This document shows positions 40,211 to 49,074 of a stretch of DNA of 64,000 bases, one piece after another; the stretch's first letter is position 1; each line of letters begins with the position of its first letter. Both the position numbers and the translations under genes were made by a program. The stretch is taken from the NCBI GenBank assembly GCA_048882485.1, contig JBHLRP010000002.1, positions 102,527 through 166,526 on the forward strand. The letters run 5' to 3'. This stretch comes from Candidatus Thorarchaeota archaeon. GTDB taxonomy: Archaea; Asgardarchaeota; Thorarchaeia; Thorarchaeales; Thorarchaeaceae. Under the pieces are notes generated by a model. It was given only the letters and a program-made list of their open reading frames with translations, made no database searches and had not been told where the DNA came from.

Positions 40211-41191
40211 TTGATGATAATGGCTGAAGATGAGATAGTGAATTATCAGAGACAAGGTCCAGTGAACAGAGCTTTCGCAATTGTGATAACCGCCATTATT
40301 GTTGTCGCTGCGTTTTTGAAATTCTCAAATCCTACTGATGAAGAGATAGGCTACTGGCTGTTCATGCTTCTTCCAGTAGGTGTTCTTCTTGTTTCCACCG
40401 TATTTGGGGTGCTCTCAAAACGTGCTATCGACTATGTTCCAGGTGATTGGAATGAAACAAAGGTCTGGATGAGCTTCACAGATTATGAACAGACGGTCGA
40501 GGAATATGAGGATGCATACGGCCATCTTTATGGCAATCCTGAGGGATTCACCATCTTCTGCTGTCTACTCCCGATGGCCTTTGCCTTGGGTCTGCTGTCT
40601 GCTTATTTTCTGACTTTGTCGATACCTCTTTTTGATCCCTTGATTGACTCTTTCCTGCTACTCACTATTCTGTATGTAATTGTTGGAGTGGCAGGATTCG
40701 TCAACGGATTTAGAATCCCCGCTATTGATGCTGAGGAATTCTTCAAAGCTCCAGTGAAGGGAGATGTGTACGACTTCGCTAGCGAACTGCAAGGAGTGAA
40801 AGGATACCGAGCAGGACTCAATGTCAAATTTGGAGTAAGGTCTGGAGTACAGACAATACTGGATGCTGAAATCAAGACTTACCTCGAGGGACTCCCTGAT
40901 ACTGTTTCAGTGGGAGTGCAAGTATCGCACTCAGGCTTTGCCTATCCTTATCTTGTTGGGACTGTGTATAAAGGAAGTCCGGTTTCTGAGGGCAAGGAGC
41001 GCTACAACATCGGCACCAGATATCCTGCCATGGTCGAAACTTCGATGGATGACGATGTTTCTGTATTTGTGACAAGATTTGACATCCCCCGAAGGACAAG
41101 TGGTGTGCCAAGTATATCGAACCGCGACTTCAGGAAACTTGCCCTATTATTGGCAGCACAACTCAACGAGAATTACAACGCATCTGTATGA
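40211..41191 (+). CDS. Hypothetical membrane protein, paralog 3 of 3
   Basis: Same layout; K.AIDYVPGDW...EEYEDAYGHL. Confidence 0.75.
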   Translation: MMIMAEDEIVNYQRQGPVNRAFAIVITAIIVVAAFLKFSNPTDEEIGYWLFMLLPVGVLLVSTVFGVLSKRAIDYVPGDWNETKVWMSFTDYEQTVEEYEDAYGHLYGNPEGFTIFCCLLPMAFALGLLSAYFLTLSIPLFDPLIDSFLLLTILYVIVGVAGFVNGFRIPAIDAEEFFKAPVKGDVYDFASELQGVKGYRAGLNVKFGVRSGVQTILDAEIKTYLEGLPDTVSVGVQVSHSGFAYPYLVGTVYKGSPVSEGKERYNIGTRYPAMVETSMDDDVSVFVTRFDIPRRTSGVPSISNRDFRKLALLLAAQLNENYNASV

Positions 41192-41271
41192 TAGATGAAC
41201 GAAGTCATAGGCACCTTTAATTGTGGTTCAGTTTCGCAAAAACCCATCGCTTCTTGGAGATGAGAAATAGG

Positions 41272-41583
41272 ATGGCGTCATCAAACTGGACAAGCAAATG
41301 GATTGTTTCACTTATGATTGGAATTGTTCTCCAAGTTGTTACTTACAGCTACATCGCCTTTGCAAAGCCTGCTGGTTTCAATAGCCATCCCTTCTTCTAT
41401 GATGTAGCTCTGATTGGCCTCATATCTATAGCAATTCAGATTGGTGGCTTTGCTATAATAATGTTAAAGACAAAGGATGCTGATCCAAGCATCTACGGAC
41501 AAGGTAGACCTTTCCGCCACAAGCTTCGTGAAGAGGATGAAGAGGAAGCAACTCGCAAGCCAACATTTGAGGATCAATCCTAG
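41272..41583 (+). CDS. Small 2-TM hypothetical protein with charged C-terminus
   Basis: Two hydrophobic helices then a charged tail; ATG 41272 chosen. Confidence 0.65.
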   Translation: MASSNWTSKWIVSLMIGIVLQVVTYSYIAFAKPAGFNSHPFFYDVALIGLISIAIQIGGFAIIMLKTKDADPSIYGQGRPFRHKLREEDEEEATRKPTFEDQS

Positions 41584-41609
41584 TCTTCCTGTAGTTATCG
41601 CGGAAACCT

Positions 41610-42482
41610 CTACCATTCAAAAAGTGGTGGGAAGATCCTTGTAGGGTCGTGAGGTGGGATAAAGCCTGGTATCCACTGATTCAGTAGCGGTAGATATGGA
41701 GCTATAGCTATTGTGACTAGCACCAGCACAGCGAAGGTCAACGTGTGAACTGCTGTGACATAAGTATAGTATGGACGAATATAGCTATAGAAGGCAAAAG
41801 CTGGTATCGACAGTGCTGCCATTGCCATAATCTCGATAGGACTAAAGAAGAAGGGCAAGCATGCAGGGAATAGGAAGTAGAACACCCATGTTATCTTCTC
41901 ACTAGATGTTTCATGGTGCCCAATCTTGTGGATACCATCAATCCCCTGTGATAGGAAGAATACTGGAATGAACATCCACCATTGAAGTCCAACAAAAAAC
42001 ATTGCCCCGGCATAGAAGAATAGATCACCAAAGCTCTCAAACCTTTCCCAGAGCGGGTTTCGTGAGAAGTACTCGGTCGCCTCGGTAATATAGTAGCCTA
42101 TCATCTGAAATCCAACCAGAATTGGAAGGAAAATGAATGATACAAGAATCATGAGAACCGCAGCTCTGGGTAGGACTGGAATCTTTCCCTCGTGGTAGTT
42201 GTCGAGCGGATAAATCCCATGAAGAGTAAATGCTGTCAAGAAGGCTAGAATTCCGGAAGGGATGCCTGGTACAATTAGCTCTAGAGGTTGGCAAAGATAG
42301 ACCAAAGGACCTATAGCTGATTCCACAGCAGGAAGAAGATAGATGTTCATAGTGAGTGATTCTGGAAGCAAATACCAGACCCCAAAGACGACCAAGAGCT
42401 CAGGGATTAGCATCTTGAAACGATAGTCCTGGATGAATTTCATGAACGCGCCTGGCTCTCTCTGCTCTTCACTCATAGGCAA
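41610..42482 (-). CDS. Multi-pass hypothetical membrane protein
   Basis: 290-aa ORF with about 7 hydrophobic segments and no recognised motif. Confidence 0.7.
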   Translation of the reverse strand: MPMSEEQREPGAFMKFIQDYRFKMLIPELLVVFGVWYLLPESLTMNIYLLPAVESAIGPLVYLCQPLELIVPGIPSGILAFLTAFTLHGIYPLDNYHEGKIPVLPRAAVLMILVSFIFLPILVGFQMIGYYITEATEYFSRNPLWERFESFGDLFFYAGAMFFVGLQWWMFIPVFFLSQGIDGIHKIGHHETSSEKITWVFYFLFPACLPFFFSPIEIMAMAALSIPAFAFYSYIRPYYTYVTAVHTLTFAVLVLVTIAIAPYLPLLNQWIPGFIPPHDPTRIFPPLFEW

Positions 42483-42578
42483 TTCTCACCGCGTTGAAAC
42501 GGTGACCACATCATCCATCACTTAAGCCTATCTCATTGGGACAGTTATGTTGCTATCTCCAACGGCCGTATATTGCTT

Positions 42579-44297
42579 TCACGCACTCTTTTTCCCTTTT
42601 GCCTTTCTTCTAACCACTCTATTGCAGGATTGAATTGCTGGGCAGCCAAGACATGCTTCTGGCACATCAGTGACTGAATGGTCACCATAGAGTAGCACTT
42701 GCTCAGCTATTGCTGTGCCTGGAGTTATCTCAATTGGAGGAGCTTCTTTGCCAGCCATCCTAACATTGCATTTGTGTTCTCCCAAGTCTTCATCCAGCTG
42801 GTCCATATCGCCTGTGACGATCATAGCTGTTGGACCAACCCTTCTGACAACGTATTTCTTGAAATCATCTAGAAGTAGCAGATCCTCCATCTCTCTCTCA
42901 GTTTCAGTTTCAAAGAGCATGATATCAGAAAGTGTGGCAAATGTTGTCTGGGAGGTCCAGTCCTTAATTGATCTCTCTACATTCCTAGGAACCGGCTTAC
43001 TGCTTTCTTTCTTAAGGAAGTCAAGCATCGTGCTTTCTCTCAGCCCAATCTCAATTGCTTCGAATACTGACTTGTCAGTTATTTTGTATGTGCTTACGAT
43101 ATCGGTCTTGACCGGTTCTGTGAACAACATGAGTTGGTATACCTTGTAGTAGTCCATTTCAGACGTGAAAGCAGTGACCTCGAAATTGGGAACGACAAAG
43201 AATGTTTCATCAGCCTTCTCGTCCCCTTCCATAGATTCTGCTAGCACTTTTTCTCCAACTGTAGTTAGCTTGACTGCAACCAGATTCTTCCCCCTGTAGG
43301 CTCCCTCAACAAGACCAAGACGCAGAGGGGTCTCCAAGGCTAGCCTTACACGATCATCGTCGACTTGGACCCATTTTAGTGGTTGAGCGTCAATGAAGAG
43401 TTCAGAACGAATCCACTCTTTCATCTTCTCTATTGGTATCCATTCATCTTTGTCACTTTCTCGAAGTCTGCAGATTGCAAGGTTCATAGTATACTCAGTC
43501 GGCTGATCTGGAGTCGCCCATATTGCACGAGTTCGCCCAAGGGAAGATAGAAGAAATCTTCGTGAAACTGTTTCCTGTTTTCCTGAGAACAACGATTCAA
43601 TCTTGCCAGGAACTACTCTATCTTCCTCCACAATGACATATACCCCTGCTTTTCGTGCCATCTTCTGAACTAGTTCAAATCGCTCTTCAGTTGGCTTGGA
43701 CATAGCCACTCTGATCTGGTCTGCTTCTCTCTTTGGAAACTCCCAAGAGGTTGTCATTCTTACTTCATGTTTTGCAAGATAGGATGCAAGTAGCAGCATG
43801 TCAAGGAGAAGAGTATCACGGTCATCGGTAATATCCCGGGCTTTCTTGGGGAGCTCTCTGCTAGGTTCAGGTTTCTTTGAGAACATTTCTAATAGAAAAG
43901 GCATAAGATAGTCCAGGATTTTAAACTCCGCAACTTCTCTTCCAAAATCTGTTAGCCTCGACAATAATCTACGAATGATGATTCCTTTCTTCCTAAGGTC
44001 TCTCTCAGTCTGGTTGAGTTGTCCGTAGCTGTAAATCTTTCTGAATGGCTTGAGTCTGTCATAACTCATAGCACCCTTGTTGAGTGCAAGCATTCCAAGA
44101 AGGTCCTTTTCTCTGTCTGAGAATGTCCCGAAGACACGGTCTCTGGTTTCCTTGTTCTTCATCTTTTCGGCAAGCAGTGACACAAGCTTCGTGCCAGAGT
44201 CACTCCCACTGACATCGATGTCCCAGTACTGACATGCGAACATCAAATCCTCTCTCAGTATATGTTCTAATTCCTTCTGAAGCGATTCCTTAGGCAT
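42579..44297 (-). CDS. XPB-associated protein with XPB/Ssl2 N-terminal-like (Helicase_C_3) domain
   Basis: FFVVPNFEV...YKITDKSVFEAIEIGL....LDFL...S.KPVPRNV...IKDW resembles the N-terminal domain of the XPB in this window (LIVQSDKSV...YRVTPLSLWNS...PIPDNI); no helicase motifs. Confidence 0.75.
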   Translation of the reverse strand: MPKESLQKELEHILREDLMFACQYWDIDVSGSDSGTKLVSLLAEKMKNKETRDRVFGTFSDREKDLLGMLALNKGAMSYDRLKPFRKIYSYGQLNQTERDLRKKGIIIRRLLSRLTDFGREVAEFKILDYLMPFLLEMFSKKPEPSRELPKKARDITDDRDTLLLDMLLLASYLAKHEVRMTTSWEFPKREADQIRVAMSKPTEERFELVQKMARKAGVYVIVEEDRVVPGKIESLFSGKQETVSRRFLLSSLGRTRAIWATPDQPTEYTMNLAICRLRESDKDEWIPIEKMKEWIRSELFIDAQPLKWVQVDDDRVRLALETPLRLGLVEGAYRGKNLVAVKLTTVGEKVLAESMEGDEKADETFFVVPNFEVTAFTSEMDYYKVYQLMLFTEPVKTDIVSTYKITDKSVFEAIEIGLRESTMLDFLKKESSKPVPRNVERSIKDWTSQTTFATLSDIMLFETETEREMEDLLLLDDFKKYVVRRVGPTAMIVTGDMDQLDEDLGEHKCNVRMAGKEAPPIEITPGTAIAEQVLLYGDHSVTDVPEACLGCPAIQSCNRVVRRKAKGKKSA

Positions 44298-44456
44298 AGT
44301 ATTCTTCCCTGACTTGGTGGATATTTGTCAAAGCCATGTTGCGGCATCCAAGTGCCCTGAGTTTTTATCCATAAGACCATTGTGGTCTTGACTACCTTTG
44401 CAGCGCCGCTTAGCGGAGGGGCAACCTTATTTTGATATCATCTGACGGGACAGTGG

Positions 44457-45578
44457 GTGCATCGATTGGAGCCTCCTCTATGGAGCGTGAAGTACAGTCC
44501 AAAAGCATGGGATGACTTTGTTGGACAAGATAACGCTATTGCCAAGCTTCGAAATCTAGCTGAAGCAGGTTCATGTCCTAATATGATACTATACGGACCG
44601 TATGGAACTGGGAAGACAAGCGCCGCACAGGTCTTTGCCAGAGCGCTTCTTGGTGACTCCATCTCTGCAAATTACAAGATGCTGAATATCCGCGATGTTT
44701 CCGACTTTTCAGTTGCTAAAGCAAAGCGCGACATCAAAGACCTAGCCAAACTGGACCGCAGTAGGCGTACTGAACTGGACGAGTACATGTCCATAGTATT
44801 CAAAGAGGTCAAGGCTGACCTGAAGATAAAGGGCAGGACAAGAGATCCGAACAAGTCCCAGCTGCTACAGGGAGCTATCAGATTGTTTGCATCTACGGTC
44901 ACAGTTTCTGATGAACTGATCAAAGTCCTAATTCTTGATGAGGCAGACGCATTAACCAGCAGCATGCAACAAGCACTACGAAGGACTATGGAGATTTACA
45001 ACGAGGCATGTCGGTTCATCTTCACCACACCTACGCTAGCTGGTTGGAGCCCCGCTGTGATTTCCCGTTCGCTGGTCATCAATTTCCCGAGCCCACCTAA
45101 TAGTGTGATAGCATCATTAGTAAATAGAATCGCTGAGTCCGAAGGAGTTGAGATTGATTCAGCTGGTCTAAATGCCATAGCCCATGAGTCCAATGGTGAT
45201 ATGAGACGAGCCATCAACTTGCTCCAGATTTCGTCTGCAGAAGGCAAACCAGTTACCGAAGATGCAGTCTACGCTTGCTCTGAAACCACCCTTTCGAAAG
45301 GAGTACGCAATATGATTTCTGCAGCAATTGATGGTTCATTCGTCATTGCTAGAGAATCTCTCAGGGGACTCCTAGCTTTTGAGGGATACTCGCCAAGTGA
45401 GGTAATGCTCCAGGTCGAGAGGGAATTATTGAATCGTCCGTTTGAGCCTGATGTTCTCAGGACTCTACTGGATAGAGTGGCTGAGATAGACTACCGCCTG
45501 GTTCAGGCACGAAATCCATTCATACAAATCACCGCGCTTCTAGCCTCTATTGGAAAAATTGCATCTACCCCACTTTAG
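44457..45578 (+). CDS. rfcS: Replication factor C small-subunit paralog with internal insertion
   Basis: LWSVKYSP, GPYGTGKT, LILDEADALT...QQALRRTME, ISRS, GDMRRAINLLQ. Confidence 0.85.
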   Translation: MHRLEPPLWSVKYSPKAWDDFVGQDNAIAKLRNLAEAGSCPNMILYGPYGTGKTSAAQVFARALLGDSISANYKMLNIRDVSDFSVAKAKRDIKDLAKLDRSRRTELDEYMSIVFKEVKADLKIKGRTRDPNKSQLLQGAIRLFASTVTVSDELIKVLILDEADALTSSMQQALRRTMEIYNEACRFIFTTPTLAGWSPAVISRSLVINFPSPPNSVIASLVNRIAESEGVEIDSAGLNAIAHESNGDMRRAINLLQISSAEGKPVTEDAVYACSETTLSKGVRNMISAAIDGSFVIARESLRGLLAFEGYSPSEVMLQVERELLNRPFEPDVLRTLLDRVAEIDYRLVQARNPFIQITALLASIGKIASTPL

Positions 45579-45862
45579 ACCATTGGCTCAACAGAGTCTT
45601 TGAATCTGATTTTTCTACTGAATATGGGTGCCTGATTGGGCGAGAGCTTCTGAAGATCATACATAAACTCCGCAACAATCTGATTTCCATCTCTGGATAT
45701 CATCTCACTATTCAACGCAGCTGAGAGAAGACGTCTGATGTTGCTCGGCTTTCCATATCTACACTTGAACGAGAGGAACCTTATAGCTTCATCTATGGAT
45801 GTCTGATTGCCTCTGGATCTAAACAGATGCGTCAGAATAAGCAGGACCTCTCTTCCATTCAT
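45575..45862 (-). CDS. Small hypothetical protein, DUF2240-like winged-helix fragment
   Basis: F...G......E....LS......P....RL...A.....I.R.G..I.A.F pattern resembles the archaeal DUF2240 N-terminus (from recall). Confidence 0.55.
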   Translation of the reverse strand: MNGREVLLILTHLFRSRGNQTSIDEAIRFLSFKCRYGKPSNIRRLLSAALNSEMISRDGNQIVAEFMYDLQKLSPNQAPIFSRKIRFKDSVEPMV

Positions 45863-45922
45863 AGGCGATGCGGCTACTTAGACACTCTTTAAGTGCTTCG
45901 TGTCCCTGATATAATCACGCTG

Positions 45923-46885
45923 ATGACGGACAATATACTCAAAGCCTATGGGTATCTCAGGGAAAATCTAGAACTCTATTTCCGTGATGCTTTGGAAATC
46001 CCTGACCTCTCTATAGAACGCACTCTAGGTGGCATGTCCAATATCAATATGTTTGCTTATGGGGGACAAGAAGAACTAGTTCTGCGTATCCCCTCGCTAT
46101 TCATTGAGTATCCATCAAATCATTACGCGCAAGAGTTTCTTGTATTATATGAAGCAGCCCAAAGGGGATTGAGTCCTCGTCCCATGACATATGGGACTCT
46201 CTCTAATAAGAATCAGACTCCTTTCCTGGTCTATTTTTACGAACCAGGGATAGTTCATTCAAGTCTTAGTTCCATAGGTATTGACGAGTTTCGTAGATTG
46301 GAACAAAGTCTAGATCTACTTCAGAATCTTGAAGTTGCTGGAGTGCCAGCCTATTCATCCGTTGTAGAATACCTACATTATCTTCACTCGCGAGTTGACT
46401 CAGTCCTGCTTGATTCAGAGATTCAATCAGAAAGAATGAGACGTGCTAGGTTTTCGGTGGATACGCTATATGCGTCACTAGAACCCATCTTTAATGAAGT
46501 GCGTTGGTCTACGAGTGCCATGCACAGTGACCTTCGCCCAAGTAATATCATCTTTCAAGAAAATCGTGTTTTGTTTCTGGATTGGAGTGAGTTCTGCACA
46601 GGATTTGCAAACTATGACATAGCCTATCTCCTCTCAGAGCCAGTAGAGCCATTCGAATCTGATATTTTGGTGAGCTTTGGATCAAGAGATGTAACGGTAA
46701 CTGAAATGCTCCATTTACAGGGTCTTGCACTGTTTTCTTGCATCTCTTGGACTTTTGAACGGTTGATTCGATGTGAACTCGGACAGGTGCCTTCCACTCT
46801 CGCGAATGATGATATGGTGGAAGAGATGGAATCTTACATCAGGATACAGATTGACCAGCTTATTCAGGTCCTGAACCAACTTTAG
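45923..46885 (+). CDS. Aminoglycoside/choline-kinase-like phosphotransferase
   Basis: GGMSN..., VLR, HSDLRPSNI, FLDW, YDIA motifs. Confidence 0.8.
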   Translation: MTDNILKAYGYLRENLELYFRDALEIPDLSIERTLGGMSNINMFAYGGQEELVLRIPSLFIEYPSNHYAQEFLVLYEAAQRGLSPRPMTYGTLSNKNQTPFLVYFYEPGIVHSSLSSIGIDEFRRLEQSLDLLQNLEVAGVPAYSSVVEYLHYLHSRVDSVLLDSEIQSERMRRARFSVDTLYASLEPIFNEVRWSTSAMHSDLRPSNIIFQENRVLFLDWSEFCTGFANYDIAYLLSEPVEPFESDILVSFGSRDVTVTEMLHLQGLALFSCISWTFERLIRCELGQVPSTLANDDMVEEMESYIRIQIDQLIQVLNQL

Positions 46886-48585
46886 AAGAAGCTCTCTGGT
46901 GCCTTCTCCCATATATCCTCATCAACTGACGCAATCACATATTGATAGCCCTGTTCTGTCAGGAAAAGCTGACGTTTGGCAGCGAAGTCCATATCACGTG
47001 TGTCTTTCGTGATTAGTGAGTAGAACCTGGCGAAGCTCCCATCCGTCTTTGGTCTTAGAATTCTACCAAGTCTCTGCGCTTCTTCCTGTCTGGACCCAAA
47101 AGTGCCTGACACTTGGATGGCTACATTAGCGTCTGGAAGGTCAAGTGCGAAATTTGCGACTTTCGAAACCACGAGAATCTTTTGCTCGCCTTCTCTAAAT
47201 GCTTCGTATAATCTCTGCCGTTCTGAATTGGGTGTCTTTCCTGTAATCAGAGGCGCCTCTATTTCCTCAGCAATAATCTTGAGCTGGTCGAGATACATCC
47301 CAATAACCAGAACGTTATCATCCTCGTGATAATCTGCAAGTGTCTTGACGAGTTTGTTCTTCTCTGGATTCTCTGCGGCAATTCTATATTTCTTTCTGTC
47401 TTCAGCGAGGGCATACTTCCTTCTCATTGGGTCCGGCAACTCAAGGCGTATCTCATAGCATATAGCCGTAGCGATCCATCCCTGGTCCTCAAGGAGCTTC
47501 CAAGGCATGTCATATCGCTTCGGACCAATCAGACTGAATACATCTTCTTCTCGCCCGTCCTCCCTGACAAGAGTTGCGGTTAGTCCAAGCCGTCGAGTTG
47601 CCTGTATTGTTGCAGTCGCTCTGAAAACTGGAGCTGGAAGAAGATGGACCTCGTCGTAGATAATTAATCCCCAGTTCCTTGCCTCGAAGATGCCAAAGTG
47701 CTCAAAGGAGTCCTCTCGAGATTTTCGCCACGTGAGTATCTGATAGGTAGCAACAGTAATCGGTCGTACCTCTTTCATGTCGCCAGTGTACTCACCAATG
47801 TCCTCAGGCTTTAGGTCAGTCTTGTCAAGTAGCTCTTGAATCCACTGTCGGACTGCAATCACGTTGGGGCAGAGTATGAGGGTTGACGTCTGTAGCTTCT
47901 CTATGGCGCCCATGCCTACCATGGTCTTGCCTGCTCCACATGGCAGTACAACAACTCCCGAGCCTCCCTTGACACCTCCGCCAGCATAGAAGGTATCCAC
48001 AGCGTCACTCTGATATCTCCTCAATCCCCATTGCTTCCCTTCAAGGGTTATGTCCCGTATTTTTAGGGCAAGCGAATCTCCCTCTACGTAGCCTGCTAGG
48101 TCCTCTACTGGGTGACCCAACTCAAGCAATGCATGCTTCAGGAAACCCCTTTGACCTTCAACAACCAGAAATGACTTCTCATCAATTCGTTCTTCTAGAT
48201 ATTCCTCTAGTTTCGTCTGAGCGCCAAGCTCTTCCGCGAGGTCTTCTTCTTCGCATTCTAAGATGAGATCTGGACCCTCCATGTACAATGTGATCTGACC
48301 ATATCTGGACATGTACTCAATGATTTCGCGTTTGATGTTGTCAGGAATGGGATACTTGGCATATTTCTCCAAGGCATCAATAACTTCTCTAGAAGTCATG
48401 CCCATTGCAGCAGAATTCCAGAGACTCAAGGGAGTAACTCGGTACGTATGTACATATTCTGGACTCTTCACGAGCTCAGCAAATCTAGCCAGCGAATCCC
48501 GGGCTTCTTCATACTTGGGATTGTCCACTTCAAGAAGGACTGACTTGTCTGACTGCACTATCAGCGGATTCATTGGATTGGGCAT
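46882..48585 (-). CDS. xpb: XPB/Ssl2/Rad25 DNA helicase
   Basis: LPCGAGKT, DEVH, LGLTATLVREDG, SKVANFALDLP, GSRQEEAQRLGRILRPK, RQLFL.EQGY. Confidence 0.95.
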   Translation of the reverse strand: MPNPMNPLIVQSDKSVLLEVDNPKYEEARDSLARFAELVKSPEYVHTYRVTPLSLWNSAAMGMTSREVIDALEKYAKYPIPDNIKREIIEYMSRYGQITLYMEGPDLILECEEEDLAEELGAQTKLEEYLEERIDEKSFLVVEGQRGFLKHALLELGHPVEDLAGYVEGDSLALKIRDITLEGKQWGLRRYQSDAVDTFYAGGGVKGGSGVVVLPCGAGKTMVGMGAIEKLQTSTLILCPNVIAVRQWIQELLDKTDLKPEDIGEYTGDMKEVRPITVATYQILTWRKSREDSFEHFGIFEARNWGLIIYDEVHLLPAPVFRATATIQATRRLGLTATLVREDGREEDVFSLIGPKRYDMPWKLLEDQGWIATAICYEIRLELPDPMRRKYALAEDRKKYRIAAENPEKNKLVKTLADYHEDDNVLVIGMYLDQLKIIAEEIEAPLITGKTPNSERQRLYEAFREGEQKILVVSKVANFALDLPDANVAIQVSGTFGSRQEEAQRLGRILRPKTDGSFARFYSLITKDTRDMDFAAKRQLFLTEQGYQYVIASVDEDIWEKAPESFF

Positions 48586-48736
48586 TCGTATTCCTCATAC
48601 TGGATTAAATGGGTTACATTCCTTAACCTGGAATCATGGATTCGTGATTTGGAAACCGGAGGACGGCGAGATGACTTTAAGATAAATCCTTCCGTCTGGC
48701 ATCAAAATAAGTTCGCGTCACGCTGACCACAAATCC

Positions 48737-48742
48737 TTTATA
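48737..48742 (+). promoter_or_regulatory. Putative TATA box for the RIO kinase leader transcript
   Basis: TTTATA about 20 nt before the first hairpin of the leader. Confidence 0.4.
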
Positions 48743-48793
48743 GCTAATCTGAAGGGCTGAATCTGCATGACTCGAAAGGAGGTGCAGTTCCAT

Positions 48794-48856
48794 ATGATGG
48801 CTATAGCATTGGTTAATGCAGTGGACACTTGCACCCGCGATGAGGGTGTCACATAG
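48794..48856 (+). CDS. Putative 20-aa leader peptide (MMAIALVNAVDTCTRDEGVT)
   Basis: Preceded by a strong Shine-Dalgarno-like AAAGGAGGTG (48775-48784); lies in the 5' region of the RIO kinase pair. Confidence 0.45.
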   Translation: MMAIALVNAVDTCTRDEGVT

Positions 48857-49074
48857 AACGACATCCGCTGTTTCTCTGTGCTAGCATTCATTTCACGCAT
48901 CGTGTATGTACTGCTCATTGATGCGCATTGCGTGGGGCTGGCTGTCTGCTGATATTGGTTTGATGTGCTTAGAATGAAAGATGCGTACCAGCTCAGTCAA
49001 TGAGAGTGAAATCAGAAGTTGAAAAATAAAACGAAACAACGAATCCTGGGCTCAGATTGCAGTAGGTGTGAATC

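Noticed and set aside
44690-44880. Intein in the RFC small subunit
   Set aside because: The insertion is only about 50 aa and lacks the N-terminal Cys/Ser block and the His-Asn C-terminus
48763-48787. SECIS element or C/D-box sRNA
   Set aside because: The stem is too short for a SECIS, I found no gene with an in-frame TGA nearby, and no properly spaced C and D boxes are present
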